Shown here: positions 33,083 to 42,742 of the stretch, in pieces | Position numbering within the stretch: the first letter of the stretch is position 1 | Layout of the letters: each line of letters opens with the position of its first letter | Assembly (NCBI GenBank): GCA_963772815.1 | Contig: CAVYYV010000003.1 | Location: 64,765-128,764, forward strand | Direction: 5' to 3' | Source: an uncultured Acidimicrobiia bacterium | GTDB lineage: Bacteria; Actinomycetota; Acidimicrobiia; Spongiisociales; ZC4RG35 | Length of the DNA: 64,000 bases | Made by a program: the position numbers and the translations under genes | The notes under the pieces: generated by a model | Seen by the model: only the letters and a program-made list of their open reading frames with translations | The model's database searches: none | What the model was told of the DNA's origin: nothing

Positions 33083-33790
33083 CTACGGGACGAGTATGCG
33101 CCTGCAGTGGACGCAGCGCGGCGGGTCCGACTTGCTCACCTCCGCAACCTCGGTCGGGGAAAGCCGCATATGACAACCCCCGCAAGTGTCGTCCTCGAGC
33201 CGGCCGATGGCCACACCCTCTTTGGTGGTGCGCAGCTTCTCGTACAACTCCGCGAGATCATCGGGCACCGGGGCGAGAGCCTCTCGCTTCCGTTCCTCCT
33301 TGCGAGCCAGCTCCGAATCGATGGACCGCCACTCCGAGGTGATAATGCTCTCGAGCTCGGTCTTCTCCTCGGTCAGCTCCTGGTGTTGCGCCTCCAGTCC
33401 GACGACCTCGTCCCGAGCCGGGTCGAGCCGATCGAGCAGCCCCAGCACCCTCTCCTCGGAGGCTCCCTTCTGCCCCTCGAGGCTCTGCACCTCCAGCCTC
33501 ATGTGTTCCGTCTCACGGGCCGACATCCCCCCGGCGAAGAGGCGGGTCTCGGTCTCGCTCAGCTTGTTCTCGAGGACTTCGAGCTCCCCTTCCGCCTTGT
33601 CGGTCTCCAGCTCGAGCCGGCGCAACTCGCGCCGGGCAGCCTCGAGTTGGGATTCCACCTCGTCCAGGGACTCCTGGGTCGCCTTGTAACGCTGCAACTC
33701 CGGCAGCCCGGCGCGGCGCGCCAGGAGCCGATCGATCTCGAGGTCCAGGTCCTGGACGTCGAGGAGGTCGGAGAGAGCGGGAATCTCCAT
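33083..33790 (-). CDS. zinc-ribbon/coiled-coil protein (DUF164 family), the usual partner of Nif3
   Basis: Long coiled coil followed by CGGCHMRLSP...CVHCRRIL C4 ribbon. Confidence 0.75.
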   Translation of the reverse strand: MEIPALSDLLDVQDLDLEIDRLLARRAGLPELQRYKATQESLDEVESQLEAARRELRRLELETDKAEGELEVLENKLSETETRLFAGGMSARETEHMRLEVQSLEGQKGASEERVLGLLDRLDPARDEVVGLEAQHQELTEEKTELESIITSEWRSIDSELARKEERKREALAPVPDDLAELYEKLRTTKEGVAIGRLEDDTCGGCHMRLSPTEVAEVSKSDPPRCVHCRRILVP

Positions 33791-33798
33791 CAAGGTTG

Positions 33799-34905
33799 TC
33801 AGGGTAGTGGGCCGGGGCCGATGTCCACCCAAGGGCCGGCCCCATCACCGGACAGGTCGGACACCTCGACGTCCAGACCGCGTACCACGTCGACCAGCGC
33901 CCGCACCCCCGGCAGCTCGGTTGCCCCATGACCGGGGTCGATCACGGCCAGCCCCCGGTCCAGCGCGCTCACCGCCCGGTGATGATCGACATCCCCTGTG
34001 ACGATCACGTCCGCCCCTGCGGCGCGAGCCGCGTCGAGAAACGAAGACCCGGATCCGGGGACGACCGCCACCCGGCGAACCTGGGTTCCGAGACTGCCGG
34101 CCACCCGCAGCGCGGCGGAGCCGAGCGATTCCGCCACCATCCCCGCTAGAGCTCCCAGACTCCCTTCCCATCGGCCGATCCGCCCAATCAGGCCATGGTT
34201 GGAAGACACCTCGTACACGTCGAAGGCGGGCTCCTCGTAGGGATGGGCGGCTACCAGCGCTGCGATCACTCCCGCCTGGGCCGATTTTGGGGCAAGGATC
34301 TCCAGGCGCGCCTCGGCGACGTTGGCCGTCTCCCCCGCTCGGCCCACGACCGGCGAAGCCCCCGGACCGGCGGTGAACGAGCCGGTCCCACCGGTTCGGA
34401 AGAAGCATCTCTCGTAGTTGCCGATATTGCCGGCGCCGGCCCGGGCCATGGCCGCCGCCAACGCATCGACCGATTCCTCAGGGGCGAACACCACCACCTT
34501 CACCTGTGCGTCGCCCTCGATCGGCCCGAACGGCCGAACCTCGTCCAGGCCCAGGACTCTGGCCAACGAGTCGGCGGTGCCGCCGGGGCACGAGTCGAAA
34601 TCTGTGTGGGTGACCATGAGACCTATACCGGCGGAGGCGAGCCTCCAGGCCCGCCCCGAGGCGGACCGACCGGCCACGAGCCGGGTGGTGGGACGGAACA
34701 GCAGTGGGTGATACGACACCACCGCCTGAGGCGGGTGAGCCAGCACACGCTCCACGACTGTCTCGGTGGCCTCATGGCACACGGCTACATGCCAGACCTG
34801 GGCGGCGGGATCTCCGAGCTGGAGCCCGACCGGGTCCCAGGATGCCGCTCGGTCGGACCGGGTGATCTGGGCCAGCCGGGAGGCGAGCGAACCGAGAGTG
34901 GGCAT
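33799..34905 (-). CDS. Nif3-family dinuclear metal center protein
   Basis: SWDPVGLQLGDP...VAVCHEAT...H..DID.H. motifs. Confidence 0.8.
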   Translation of the reverse strand: MPTLGSLASRLAQITRSDRAASWDPVGLQLGDPAAQVWHVAVCHEATETVVERVLAHPPQAVVSYHPLLFRPTTRLVAGRSASGRAWRLASAGIGLMVTHTDFDSCPGGTADSLARVLGLDEVRPFGPIEGDAQVKVVVFAPEESVDALAAAMARAGAGNIGNYERCFFRTGGTGSFTAGPGASPVVGRAGETANVAEARLEILAPKSAQAGVIAALVAAHPYEEPAFDVYEVSSNHGLIGRIGRWEGSLGALAGMVAESLGSAALRVAGSLGTQVRRVAVVPGSGSSFLDAARAAGADVIVTGDVDHHRAVSALDRGLAVIDPGHGATELPGVRALVDVVRGLDVEVSDLSGDGAGPWVDIGPGPLP

Positions 34906-34986
34906 GAGGCGGGATCCTAGGGGTTCTGCCCCGGGCACCCGCCGAACAGCATCAAATCCGGTCCGGGCCTCTAACCTTGTTCGCCG

Positions 34987-37614
34987 ATGTCCACCCGCCC
35001 CAGTGCACCCCCATTTCCTATCGTCGCCTGGTTCTCCCGCAGGTCGAGGTTCCAGCGCCGACTGGGCATGGTGCTGGTCGTCCTGGCGGGCCTGGCGGTC
35101 GTCGCCCGAATCGCGGCCGGGATGGCGCTCGACAAGTGGTGGTTCGACACCGTCACCTCCACCGACGTGTGGGGCACCAAAGTGCGGGCTCAGATCTTCC
35201 TGGCCGTCGCGGCAGGAATCATCTCCGGTGGGATCTTGATCGGCTCAGCCGTGGTCGCCTACCGAACCCGACCCGCACCCGACAGCGGGCCCAATCGCAT
35301 CGTGGTCCGATACCGGGAACGAATGGGGCCGGCCCACAAGTGGCTCCTGATCGGCGGCGCCGTCTATTTCACCCTGCGGACCGCCTCGGCGGCGATGGGC
35401 CGGTGGAAGCCGTGGCTCCTGTTCCTCGACAGCCCCGACCTGGGCGTGTCGGCTCCCGACGTCGGCTGGGATCTCGGATACCACTTGTTCCGGCTCCCCT
35501 TTGTTGTGATCCTCAGCTCTTGGCTCCGGGGCCTGGTGATCATGGCCTTCGGCTTCGCCCTGGTGGGCCATATCGCCAACGGAGCACTCAAGATTCCGCG
35601 CGGGGACCGGCGATCCTCACCCCGGACTCTCAAGCATCTCGGTCTCCTGGGCACTGCCTTCGCCGGCCTTCAGGCCCTCGATTACATATTCGCTCGTTGG
35701 CCCGGCAATGGAACCAATCAGTACGGGGCGTTCGATGGACCCGGCTACACCGAGATCAAGGTCGTGGTGCCCTCTCTCGTGGTGCTGGCGATGGTGGCGG
35801 CCATAACGGCCCTGATCACCCTGTGGGCGATCCGCACCCAGCGCTGGCGTCCCGCATTGATCGCCTACGGAGTTTGGGGAGTACTTCAGTTGGTGTTGAT
35901 CGGTGTCGTTCCCGCCCTGGTCACCCGCCTGGTGGTGACCCCGGCCGAGGCGGTCCACCAGCTCCCCTACATCGCCCACAACCTCACCGCCACCAAGACC
36001 GCCTATAGCCTCGATTCCGTCGAACAGGTCACCGAGACCTTCACCGACGGCCTCACCCAGCCCCCCGACCCGAGCCAGAACGAAGAGCTCAACAAGGTGC
36101 CGGTGTTCGGAGAGTCCATGCTCGTCGCCCCCCTTCAGGTGCTGCAAGGAACCACCGGGACCCGCATCACCGACGTGGACCTCGATCGATACGAGGTGGA
36201 CGGGCAGATGCGTCCGGTACTGATCGCCGCCCGCAACGCCAACCGCGCCGATCTCCCCGAAAGGGGCTGGGTGCAGCTCCACCTGGTGTATACGCACGGG
36301 GACGGGATCGTGGCCGTGCCGGCCGACTCGACCTCGTCAGACGGTCGACCCAACGTCGATGCCCTGGCCCGGAAGCTGGCCCCGCAACGCCCCGAGCTGT
36401 ACTTCGGGGAGAACCTGGCCGGGTGGTATGCCATCGTTGGGACGAAGCGTGAGGAGCTGGGGGGAGTCACCTTCGAAGCGAAGACCGGCATCGACCTGTC
36501 CAGCGGGTGGCGGCGTCTGGCGCTGGCCATGACCGTGAAGGAGATCGAGCCCTTCGTCTCCGCCGAGCTCGGGGACCACCCCCAGCTGCTGTACCGGCGT
36601 GACGTCAAGGAGCGCCTGAGGATGCTGGCCCCCTTCCTGTCCTTCGACGCCAACCCCTATCCCGTAGTGGCCGATGGCCAGGTCACCTGGATCGTGGACG
36701 GCTACACCAGCGCCAGCACGTACCCCCACTCTCAATTCGCCCGCTCGGTAGGCCTACCCGGTCAGAGCGACATGGCGGGACACGCCTTCAACTACATGCA
36801 TGCCTCGATCAAGGCGACGGTCAACGCCTACGACGGCACCGTCCACCTGTACCGAACGGAGGTGGGTGGAGCCGACGATCCCATCCTCGACGCCTGGACG
36901 AGGATCTTCCCCGGATTGATCGAGCCCATCGCCACCATGCCCGACAGCCTGCGGCGCCACCTGCTCTACCCCCAGGACCTGCTCACCGTCCAGACCGCCA
37001 TGCTGGGCCGCTACCACGTCTCCGATGCCGAGACCCTGTTCAACGGCTCCGACAGCTGGGCGGTCAGTGCTTCGGCGGGAGCAGGCGTGGCCCGGCCCTC
37101 CTCCTCCTCGCAGGGCTCCTCCGCTCCCACACCCGCCGCGGCCGTTTCCCTCTTCATGCCCTCATCGGAGCCGCTGGGAGGGCACTGGGTGGCGATCCGT
37201 CCCTACGGCCCGGGCTCGTCCCTCAACCCGACATCCACCCGTGACGAGCTGGCAGCTCTGGCCATCGCCGATCACGACAACCCCGAGAATCTGCGCCTGG
37301 TCAGGATCGAGGTGAACTCGGGCCGGCTCATCTCCAGCCCCAAGGTCGCGCAGGCGGCGATCGACACCGATCGCGACCTGGCCGCCCTGTTCACCCTCCT
37401 CAACGCCAACGGCTCGGCGGTCCAGTTCGGGCCGATGACGCCCGTCCCGCTTCAGAACGCCCTGGTCTGGGCCCGCTCCATCATCGTCACCGGCACTGCC
37501 GACACGACCGCTCCCCGTCTCCACGGTGTCACCGCCGTCTCCAACGGGCTGGTAGGGGAATCCGACTCGGTGGTGAAGGCCTTGGACGAAGCCATCGCCG
37601 CCACCCCGGGCTGA
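34987..37614 (+). CDS. UPF0182-family large membrane protein
   Basis: Seven N-terminal TM segments plus a large extracytoplasmic domain; family-typical ...YIAHNLTATKTAYSL... Confidence 0.8.
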   Translation: MSTRPSAPPFPIVAWFSRRSRFQRRLGMVLVVLAGLAVVARIAAGMALDKWWFDTVTSTDVWGTKVRAQIFLAVAAGIISGGILIGSAVVAYRTRPAPDSGPNRIVVRYRERMGPAHKWLLIGGAVYFTLRTASAAMGRWKPWLLFLDSPDLGVSAPDVGWDLGYHLFRLPFVVILSSWLRGLVIMAFGFALVGHIANGALKIPRGDRRSSPRTLKHLGLLGTAFAGLQALDYIFARWPGNGTNQYGAFDGPGYTEIKVVVPSLVVLAMVAAITALITLWAIRTQRWRPALIAYGVWGVLQLVLIGVVPALVTRLVVTPAEAVHQLPYIAHNLTATKTAYSLDSVEQVTETFTDGLTQPPDPSQNEELNKVPVFGESMLVAPLQVLQGTTGTRITDVDLDRYEVDGQMRPVLIAARNANRADLPERGWVQLHLVYTHGDGIVAVPADSTSSDGRPNVDALARKLAPQRPELYFGENLAGWYAIVGTKREELGGVTFEAKTGIDLSSGWRRLALAMTVKEIEPFVSAELGDHPQLLYRRDVKERLRMLAPFLSFDANPYPVVADGQVTWIVDGYTSASTYPHSQFARSVGLPGQSDMAGHAFNYMHASIKATVNAYDGTVHLYRTEVGGADDPILDAWTRIFPGLIEPIATMPDSLRRHLLYPQDLLTVQTAMLGRYHVSDAETLFNGSDSWAVSASAGAGVARPSSSSQGSSAPTPAAAVSLFMPSSEPLGGHWVAIRPYGPGSSLNPTSTRDELAALAIADHDNPENLRLVRIEVNSGRLISSPKVAQAAIDTDRDLAALFTLLNANGSAVQFGPMTPVPLQNALVWARSIIVTGTADTTAPRLHGVTAVSNGLVGESDSVVKALDEAIAATPG

Positions 37615-37615
37615 A

Positions 37616-38361
37616 TCAGGGCCGGGGCGAATCGGCGTATTTCTCGTAGCGGGCGATGACCCTCTTGGCCTCACCGTCCGCTTTGAGACGGCCCTGTTCG
37701 ATCCACAGCACCCTCGGACACTGGGCCTCGATGTCATTCAGGGAGTGACTGACCAGCAGCAGCGTGCCGGCTTTCTCCAGCAGGGCCTCTATCCGTGCCC
37801 GAGACTTCTTGCGAAAGGCGTAGTCACCCACCGCCAGCGCCTCGTCGATGAGCAGGATCTTGGGCTGCACCGAGGTTGCGATGGCAAAATGGAGGCGCCC
37901 TCTCATACCCGATGAGTAGGTGCGGAGGGGCCGGTCGAGAGCTTCACCCAGGTCGGTGAAGTCGGCGATCTCATCCATCCTCTCTTCCAGCTCGTCGTTG
38001 CTCATGCCCAGCGCCAGACAGCCGATGCGTATGTTGCGGTATCCGGTAGCGGTGGGGATGAGGGTTGCGCCGACACCGAGCAGCTTGGGCTCAGCAGAAA
38101 CCAGGATGTCTCCCGAAGTGGGTGGCAATAGGCCGGCCACAGCCGTGAGAAGCGTCGACTTCCCGGAGCCGTTGGAGCCGATTATCCCCACGGCCTCTCC
38201 CTTAGACACGTCGAAGGACACTCCCTTGAGGGCCCGAACCACCTTGCGACCCGTCCCCTTGCGCTTGACCAGCCGCTCCCGGATAGCGGCGCGCCGATCC
38301 TCGAAGATCTCGTAATCGAGATACAGATCGCGAACGCTGATGGACAGAGGCTGGGTCATGC
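37616..38361 (-). CDS. wzt: polysaccharide/teichoic-acid-type ABC exporter ATP-binding protein
   Basis: Walker A GSNGSGKST, signature SSGMRGRL, Walker B ILLIDEAL. Confidence 0.85.
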
Positions 38362-39210
38362 GCGTCCATACCTCCACTCGGCCGCCCTGAAGTAGCGGAA
38401 CCCGAACCACATGATCAGGGCCGCCAGCCCGGCCGTGCGGGCCATGCTCCCCCAATCGAGGGCTGTGCCGAGGAACACCCACCGGTAGAGCTCGATGATG
38501 CGCATGATCGGGTTCAGCGAGACCAAGGTTGCGGCCCATTTGTTGTTACCCAGTCCTGAGATGAGACGCTCGATGGGGAACATCACCCCGGACAGGTATT
38601 GCAGCAGCCTGAATATGAACGGAATGATCTGCTGCACGTCTTTGAAGGCATCGTTGAGCCGGGCGGAGATGAAGGCCCCGCCCAGGTTGAGGGCGGTGTG
38701 AACCGCAAGAACTAGAGGGAGCACGAGCCATCGACGGGAAACCCCGACCCCGGACAGCAGCACGAGCACACCCATCACCCCCATCTCGATCAGGAACGTG
38801 AGGGTCTGACTGACCACGACCGAGATCGGCAGCAGGGCGCGCGGAAACCGCATCGCCTTGATGAGGCCGGCGTTGGAGGTGATGGCGTTGGCGCCGCCCA
38901 GCACCGTGCTGCTGGTGAGCCGGAAGGCGAACACACCGATCGTCAGCCACAAGAGGAAGTGGTCCACACCGCGGTTGACCTGGAAGATCACACCGAAGAT
39001 CAGGTAATAGACGGCGATGGACAGGAGCGGGTTGCCCAGATGCCAAACGTTCCCGAGCAGGGTCAGCTTGTGAGCAGATCGGAGCTGCTCCAGAGGCACC
39101 TCGATGGCAAACTCGCGCCGCCCCCACATCTCGGCCAGGTACTTGGGGGTCGAGAGGGGGGCATTGATCGAGGTCAGCCCGGACGAAGCTTCGGTATCCA
39201 CGGTGTCCAT
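38356..39210 (-). CDS. wzm: ABC-2 type polysaccharide export permease
   Basis: Six-TM ABC-2 permease; overlaps the ATPase start. Confidence 0.7.
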   Translation of the reverse strand: MDTVDTEASSGLTSINAPLSTPKYLAEMWGRREFAIEVPLEQLRSAHKLTLLGNVWHLGNPLLSIAVYYLIFGVIFQVNRGVDHFLLWLTIGVFAFRLTSSTVLGGANAITSNAGLIKAMRFPRALLPISVVVSQTLTFLIEMGVMGVLVLLSGVGVSRRWLVLPLVLAVHTALNLGGAFISARLNDAFKDVQQIIPFIFRLLQYLSGVMFPIERLISGLGNNKWAATLVSLNPIMRIIELYRWVFLGTALDWGSMARTAGLAALIMWFGFRYFRAAEWRYGRA

Positions 39211-39343
39211 GACGGGGGTCTCCACGGGAGAAAAACGGTGTAGGAACTCTAATAGCGAAGCCGCTCGAGCCAGTGGAGACCCAACTCGGCCGGCCAACTA
39301 GAAGGGGGTAGGAATTGTCGGTGGGGTTCGATATGTTGATCGT

Positions 39344-40507
39344 ATGGGCGAACATACGTTCGGGTGGGGAGAGGACCGGGAACCGGCTAACGGCCCCGAG
39401 CTGATGGAAGCGATCCGGGCCGCCACCTCCGAGTTGGACCGGTCGAGCCTGGACCGCCTGGAACGCATCGCCGCCCTGGATACCTCGGAGGGGTTCCGTT
39501 ACGACGGATACACGTCGGTTTCTGCGTTTCTAGCTCACCGGTGTGGGATGGGAGTGCGAGAAGCCAACCGCAGCGTATTCCTGGCTCGAGCGTTGGAACA
39601 GATGGCCTATTCGGTCAAACTGGTCCGCACCGGCGATTTGTCCCTATCTCAGTTCGAGATCCTGGCTCATGCCCAATCTCAGCATCCCCAAGGGTTCGCC
39701 ACCGACGAAACCACCCTGGCCCAATCGGTAGTCGACCTGTCCTGGACAGACACCAAAAGGGCCGTCACCTACTGGTGTTGCCTGCACGAAGAACCCCAAG
39801 ACCTTTCGGACCCCGAACCGTCCCGGATACATCTCTCCAAAACATTCGGGGCTCGAGGGCGCCTGGACGGGGACCTGACACCCGAAGACCACAACCTCCT
39901 AGAAACCGCCCTCGAGCCGCTCATCTCAGAGATCGTCAACACCACCCCCAAAGACCAGTTGCCGACCCGCTCAATACTCAGAGCCATGGCCCTAACCGAA
40001 CTGATCCGCCGCCACCTCGCTTCTAACCAGTCTCCGTCCGATCACGGCAACCGTCCCCAAGTCAACGTCATCATCCCCTGGGACACCCTCATCGGTAACA
40101 ACGATCAGCCCGCCGAATTCACCGACGGGACCCTCATATCAGCCGCCGACGCCCGCCGACTCGCCTGCGACGCTTCGGTGTGTCGCCTCCTGATAGGTCC
40201 CAACTCTGAGATCCTCGACCTGGGTAGGAGCCGACGCACCGTCATCCGCCGCCCAATGGCGGGCCCTGGTCATCCGAGACCGCCACTGCCGCTTCCCCGG
40301 CTGCCGCCGGCCCGCTTCCTGGTGCGACGCCCACCACACCCTGTCATGGGACCAACTCGGGAACACCGACCTGTGCGACATGTGCCTCCTCTGCCGAAAC
40401 CACCACACCCTGATTCACCGAGACGGCTGGACCATCACCAACCAAGGCAACGGCCAACTCGTCTTCACCCGACCCGACACAACCACCCTCCCCAACGCAC
40501 CCCCATA
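39344..40507 (+). CDS. DUF222 + HNH endonuclease (13E12-repeat family) with an apparent frameshift near 40244
   Basis: DUF222 region in frame 1; HNH motif WRALVIRDRHCRFPGCRRPASWCDAHHTLSWDQLGNTDLCDMCLLCRNHHTLIHRDGW in frame 3 ending at TAG 40507. Confidence 0.7.
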
Positions 40508-40627
40508 GCAGAGGATTACGCCCCCAAGGCGCGACGAACTCCCTCCTGATTCGAACGAACCAATCGGTTCAGATTGCCGTTGAACCTCGCTCACCGTGCT
40601 CTACGGTGCCGGACCGTGGCTACCGAC

Positions 40628-40966
40628 ATGCTGAAGAGTCTTACCGGTGGATTTCGGCGTCCGTCGATCCGGGAACGACTCAGGATCGATGACTCGTTCG
40701 ACGACGGCCGGGTCGAGCGTCGCCCACCGCCCGCGCCTCGGCACCGGCCCGAGGCAGCCCCCGTGCTGGCCTTCTTCATCGAGTGCGCCTGTCCGATCGG
40801 ATTACGAGAGGCGTCGGTGGCAGGCGGTGGCCTGACCTCGCCCGCCGAGTTCCTGGACACCTATCACCTGACACACATCGAGTGTCAGACGTGTCATCGC
40901 TACTACCGCCTGGTGGGATACATCGACGAAAGCGGCGAGCAACACGGCGTCGAGAAGCACCGCTGA
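40628..40966 (+). CDS. small Cys-containing hypothetical protein
   Basis: ...FFIECACPIGL...HIECQTCHRYYRLVGY; possible metal-binding; start uncertain. Confidence 0.3.
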   Translation: MLKSLTGGFRRPSIRERLRIDDSFDDGRVERRPPPAPRHRPEAAPVLAFFIECACPIGLREASVAGGGLTSPAEFLDTYHLTHIECQTCHRYYRLVGYIDESGEQHGVEKHR

Positions 40967-40996
40967 CCCGTCTCACGGCTTTCTAGGCTGAGATCG

Positions 40997-41548
40997 ATGG
41001 CCTGGATCGAGACCATTCCCGAGGACAAATGGGAGGGAGAGCTGCGCGAGTTATACCCCAAGGTGTCAGATCTGGCTCAGGATCGGGTGGACAACATCAT
41101 GCAGATCCACTCACTCAATCATCGGGCGCTGGCCGCCCATCACAACCTCTACACGTCGGCCATGTCCGGGACGCCGGGCCTGCGCAAGGTTGATCGGGAG
41201 ATGATCGCGCTGGTGGTGAGCGGCATCAACGAATGCCACTACTGAATCGTCCACCATCGGCGCGGTCTGCGCCGGCTGCTCAAGAACGATGAGTTGCTCG
41301 ACGCCATCGAGAGCGACTGGCAGACGGCTGAGCTCGACCCCCGAAGGGATGCCATGCTCGCCTACGCCGAGAAGCTGACCGTCAACCCCGCCCGAGTGAC
41401 TCAAGACGACATCGAGGGCCTCCGGGCGGTCGGATTCTCCGACCGGGACATCCTCGACATCTGCGAGGTAGCCGCCTACTACGCCTACGTCAACCGCATC
41501 GCCGACGGACTCGGAGTGAAGTTGGAGACCTGGCTATCGCCTGATTGA
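40997..41548 (+). CDS. AhpD/carboxymuconolactone-decarboxylase-family (peroxidase-related) protein with in-frame TGA (41243-41245) at the second Cys of CxxC(x3)H; probable selenoprotein (CxxU)
   Basis: ...LVVSGINECHY[TGA]IVHHRRGLRRL...: family consensus N.CHYC..SH; reading continues in-frame to TGA... through LSPD (84 more residues of conserved CMD-family sequence). Confidence 0.7.
41258..41274 (+). promoter_or_regulatory. bacterial SECIS-like hairpin (apical stem-loop) downstream of the in-frame UGA
   Basis: CGGCGC-GGUCU-GCGCCG; loop GGUCU occupies nt +22 to +26 from the U of UGA, identical in spacing and loop to E. coli fdhF (UGA CACGGCCCAUCGGUUGCA GGUCU GCACC) and with a similar CCAUCGG lower stem. 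Confidence 0.65.
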
Positions 41549-41556
41549 CTCCTACG

Positions 41557-42069
41557 TCAACGACGAGACAGGACTCTGTAGGCGAGACCCACCCCGGCAC
41601 CGAAGGCCAGATGTGCGGAGAGATCCTTCCACAGCGTTTCGATGTCGTACTCCCAGATCGGCTTGTAGAGGCCGGCCGGCGCCAGGGTCGCATACGAGGT
41701 GAGCCATGCCCCCGCCCCGGTCAATAGACCAGTCAGCACTCTCTGTCGCTGCATGGAGCCGTTGACGACCCCATGCAGCGCACCCCAACCCAGCCCGGTT
41801 CCCCAGTGAACGACGTTGTTCATTGGGCCCGCCGTAGCCGGGTCGAGTTTGACATCAAACAGACCCTCAAGCACCCGCTTGCCCACTTGCGCAGGCGCCG
41901 GTGCGTTGTCGTACCCCTCGAGGCCGGCCGAGAACTCCCACTCGGCGAAAGTCTGGTCGCCGCCACCCGACCGATAGCGCGTGTACCAGACCAGGTCCAT
42001 GGCTACGACCCCGGCCACTCCGGCCAGGGCCCCCTTGAAGATTGTCCCTAGTGGGGTCCCATTCCTCAT
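41557..42069 (-). CDS. DUF1440-like hypothetical membrane protein
   Basis: MRNGTPLGTIFKGALAGVAGVVAMD...; family assignment tentative. Confidence 0.45.
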   Translation of the reverse strand: MRNGTPLGTIFKGALAGVAGVVAMDLVWYTRYRSGGGDQTFAEWEFSAGLEGYDNAPAPAQVGKRVLEGLFDVKLDPATAGPMNNVVHWGTGLGWGALHGVVNGSMQRQRVLTGLLTGAGAWLTSYATLAPAGLYKPIWEYDIETLWKDLSAHLAFGAGVGLAYRVLSRR

Positions 42070-42177
42070 CGGCCCAACCCTACCGCTATAGGTGTGCCAA
42101 CAGATTCGGGCCGCCCGGGGCCAAGCCGGACCATCGTCGTGCACGCGGCACGGTTCAGGTCATAGTCTCCGTCAGAC

Positions 42178-42693
42178 ATGGCTCCGTACTTCTTCCACAC
42201 CCAATGGATCCTCGAGGCGCCGATGCGGGAGGTCTTCGACGCTCTGACGAGCCCCGACGACCTTCTGTCATGGTGGCCGGCCATCCGTAGAGCCCGTCTC
42301 ATGGACCGAGGGGACGAGCGAGGCGTCGGTGCCCGAGCTTCCTACTCGATCCAGAGCCCTCTCCTCTACCGCGTCCACTTCGAGCTGACCTCGACTGACC
42401 TCGATCCCCCTCGACGGATCCGAGGATTAGCCACCGGCGACCTGGTCGGAACGAGTGACTCGATCCTCGAAGAAGGGGGCGCTGCGACCACAGTCCACTT
42501 TCACTGGTATGTGTCAACCACGAAACGCTGGATGAATCTGATGACGCCCGTTGCCAGGCCGCTCTTCATCTGGGCCCACGACCGCGTCATGAAACAAGGT
42601 TGCGCGGCTCTGGCCCGACACCTCGACATCCGAGCCGTATCTGCAACGACGAACCTCATCGACCGACCGATGCCATCCCCCGGCCCCGACTGA
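42178..42693 (+). CDS. SRPBCC (polyketide cyclase/dehydrase-like) family protein
   Basis: LEAPMREVFDALTSPDDLLSWWP... signature. Confidence 0.6.
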   Translation: MAPYFFHTQWILEAPMREVFDALTSPDDLLSWWPAIRRARLMDRGDERGVGARASYSIQSPLLYRVHFELTSTDLDPPRRIRGLATGDLVGTSDSILEEGGAATTVHFHWYVSTTKRWMNLMTPVARPLFIWAHDRVMKQGCAALARHLDIRAVSATTNLIDRPMPSPGPD

Positions 42694-42742
42694 CCAGGGA
42701 CCGATCTCGCCAGGCCGCTCTGAGGCAGATACTCTCGGGCTG

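Noticed and set aside
33107-33931. 274-aa plus-strand ORF
   Set aside because: Antisense to the DUF164 zinc-ribbon gene.
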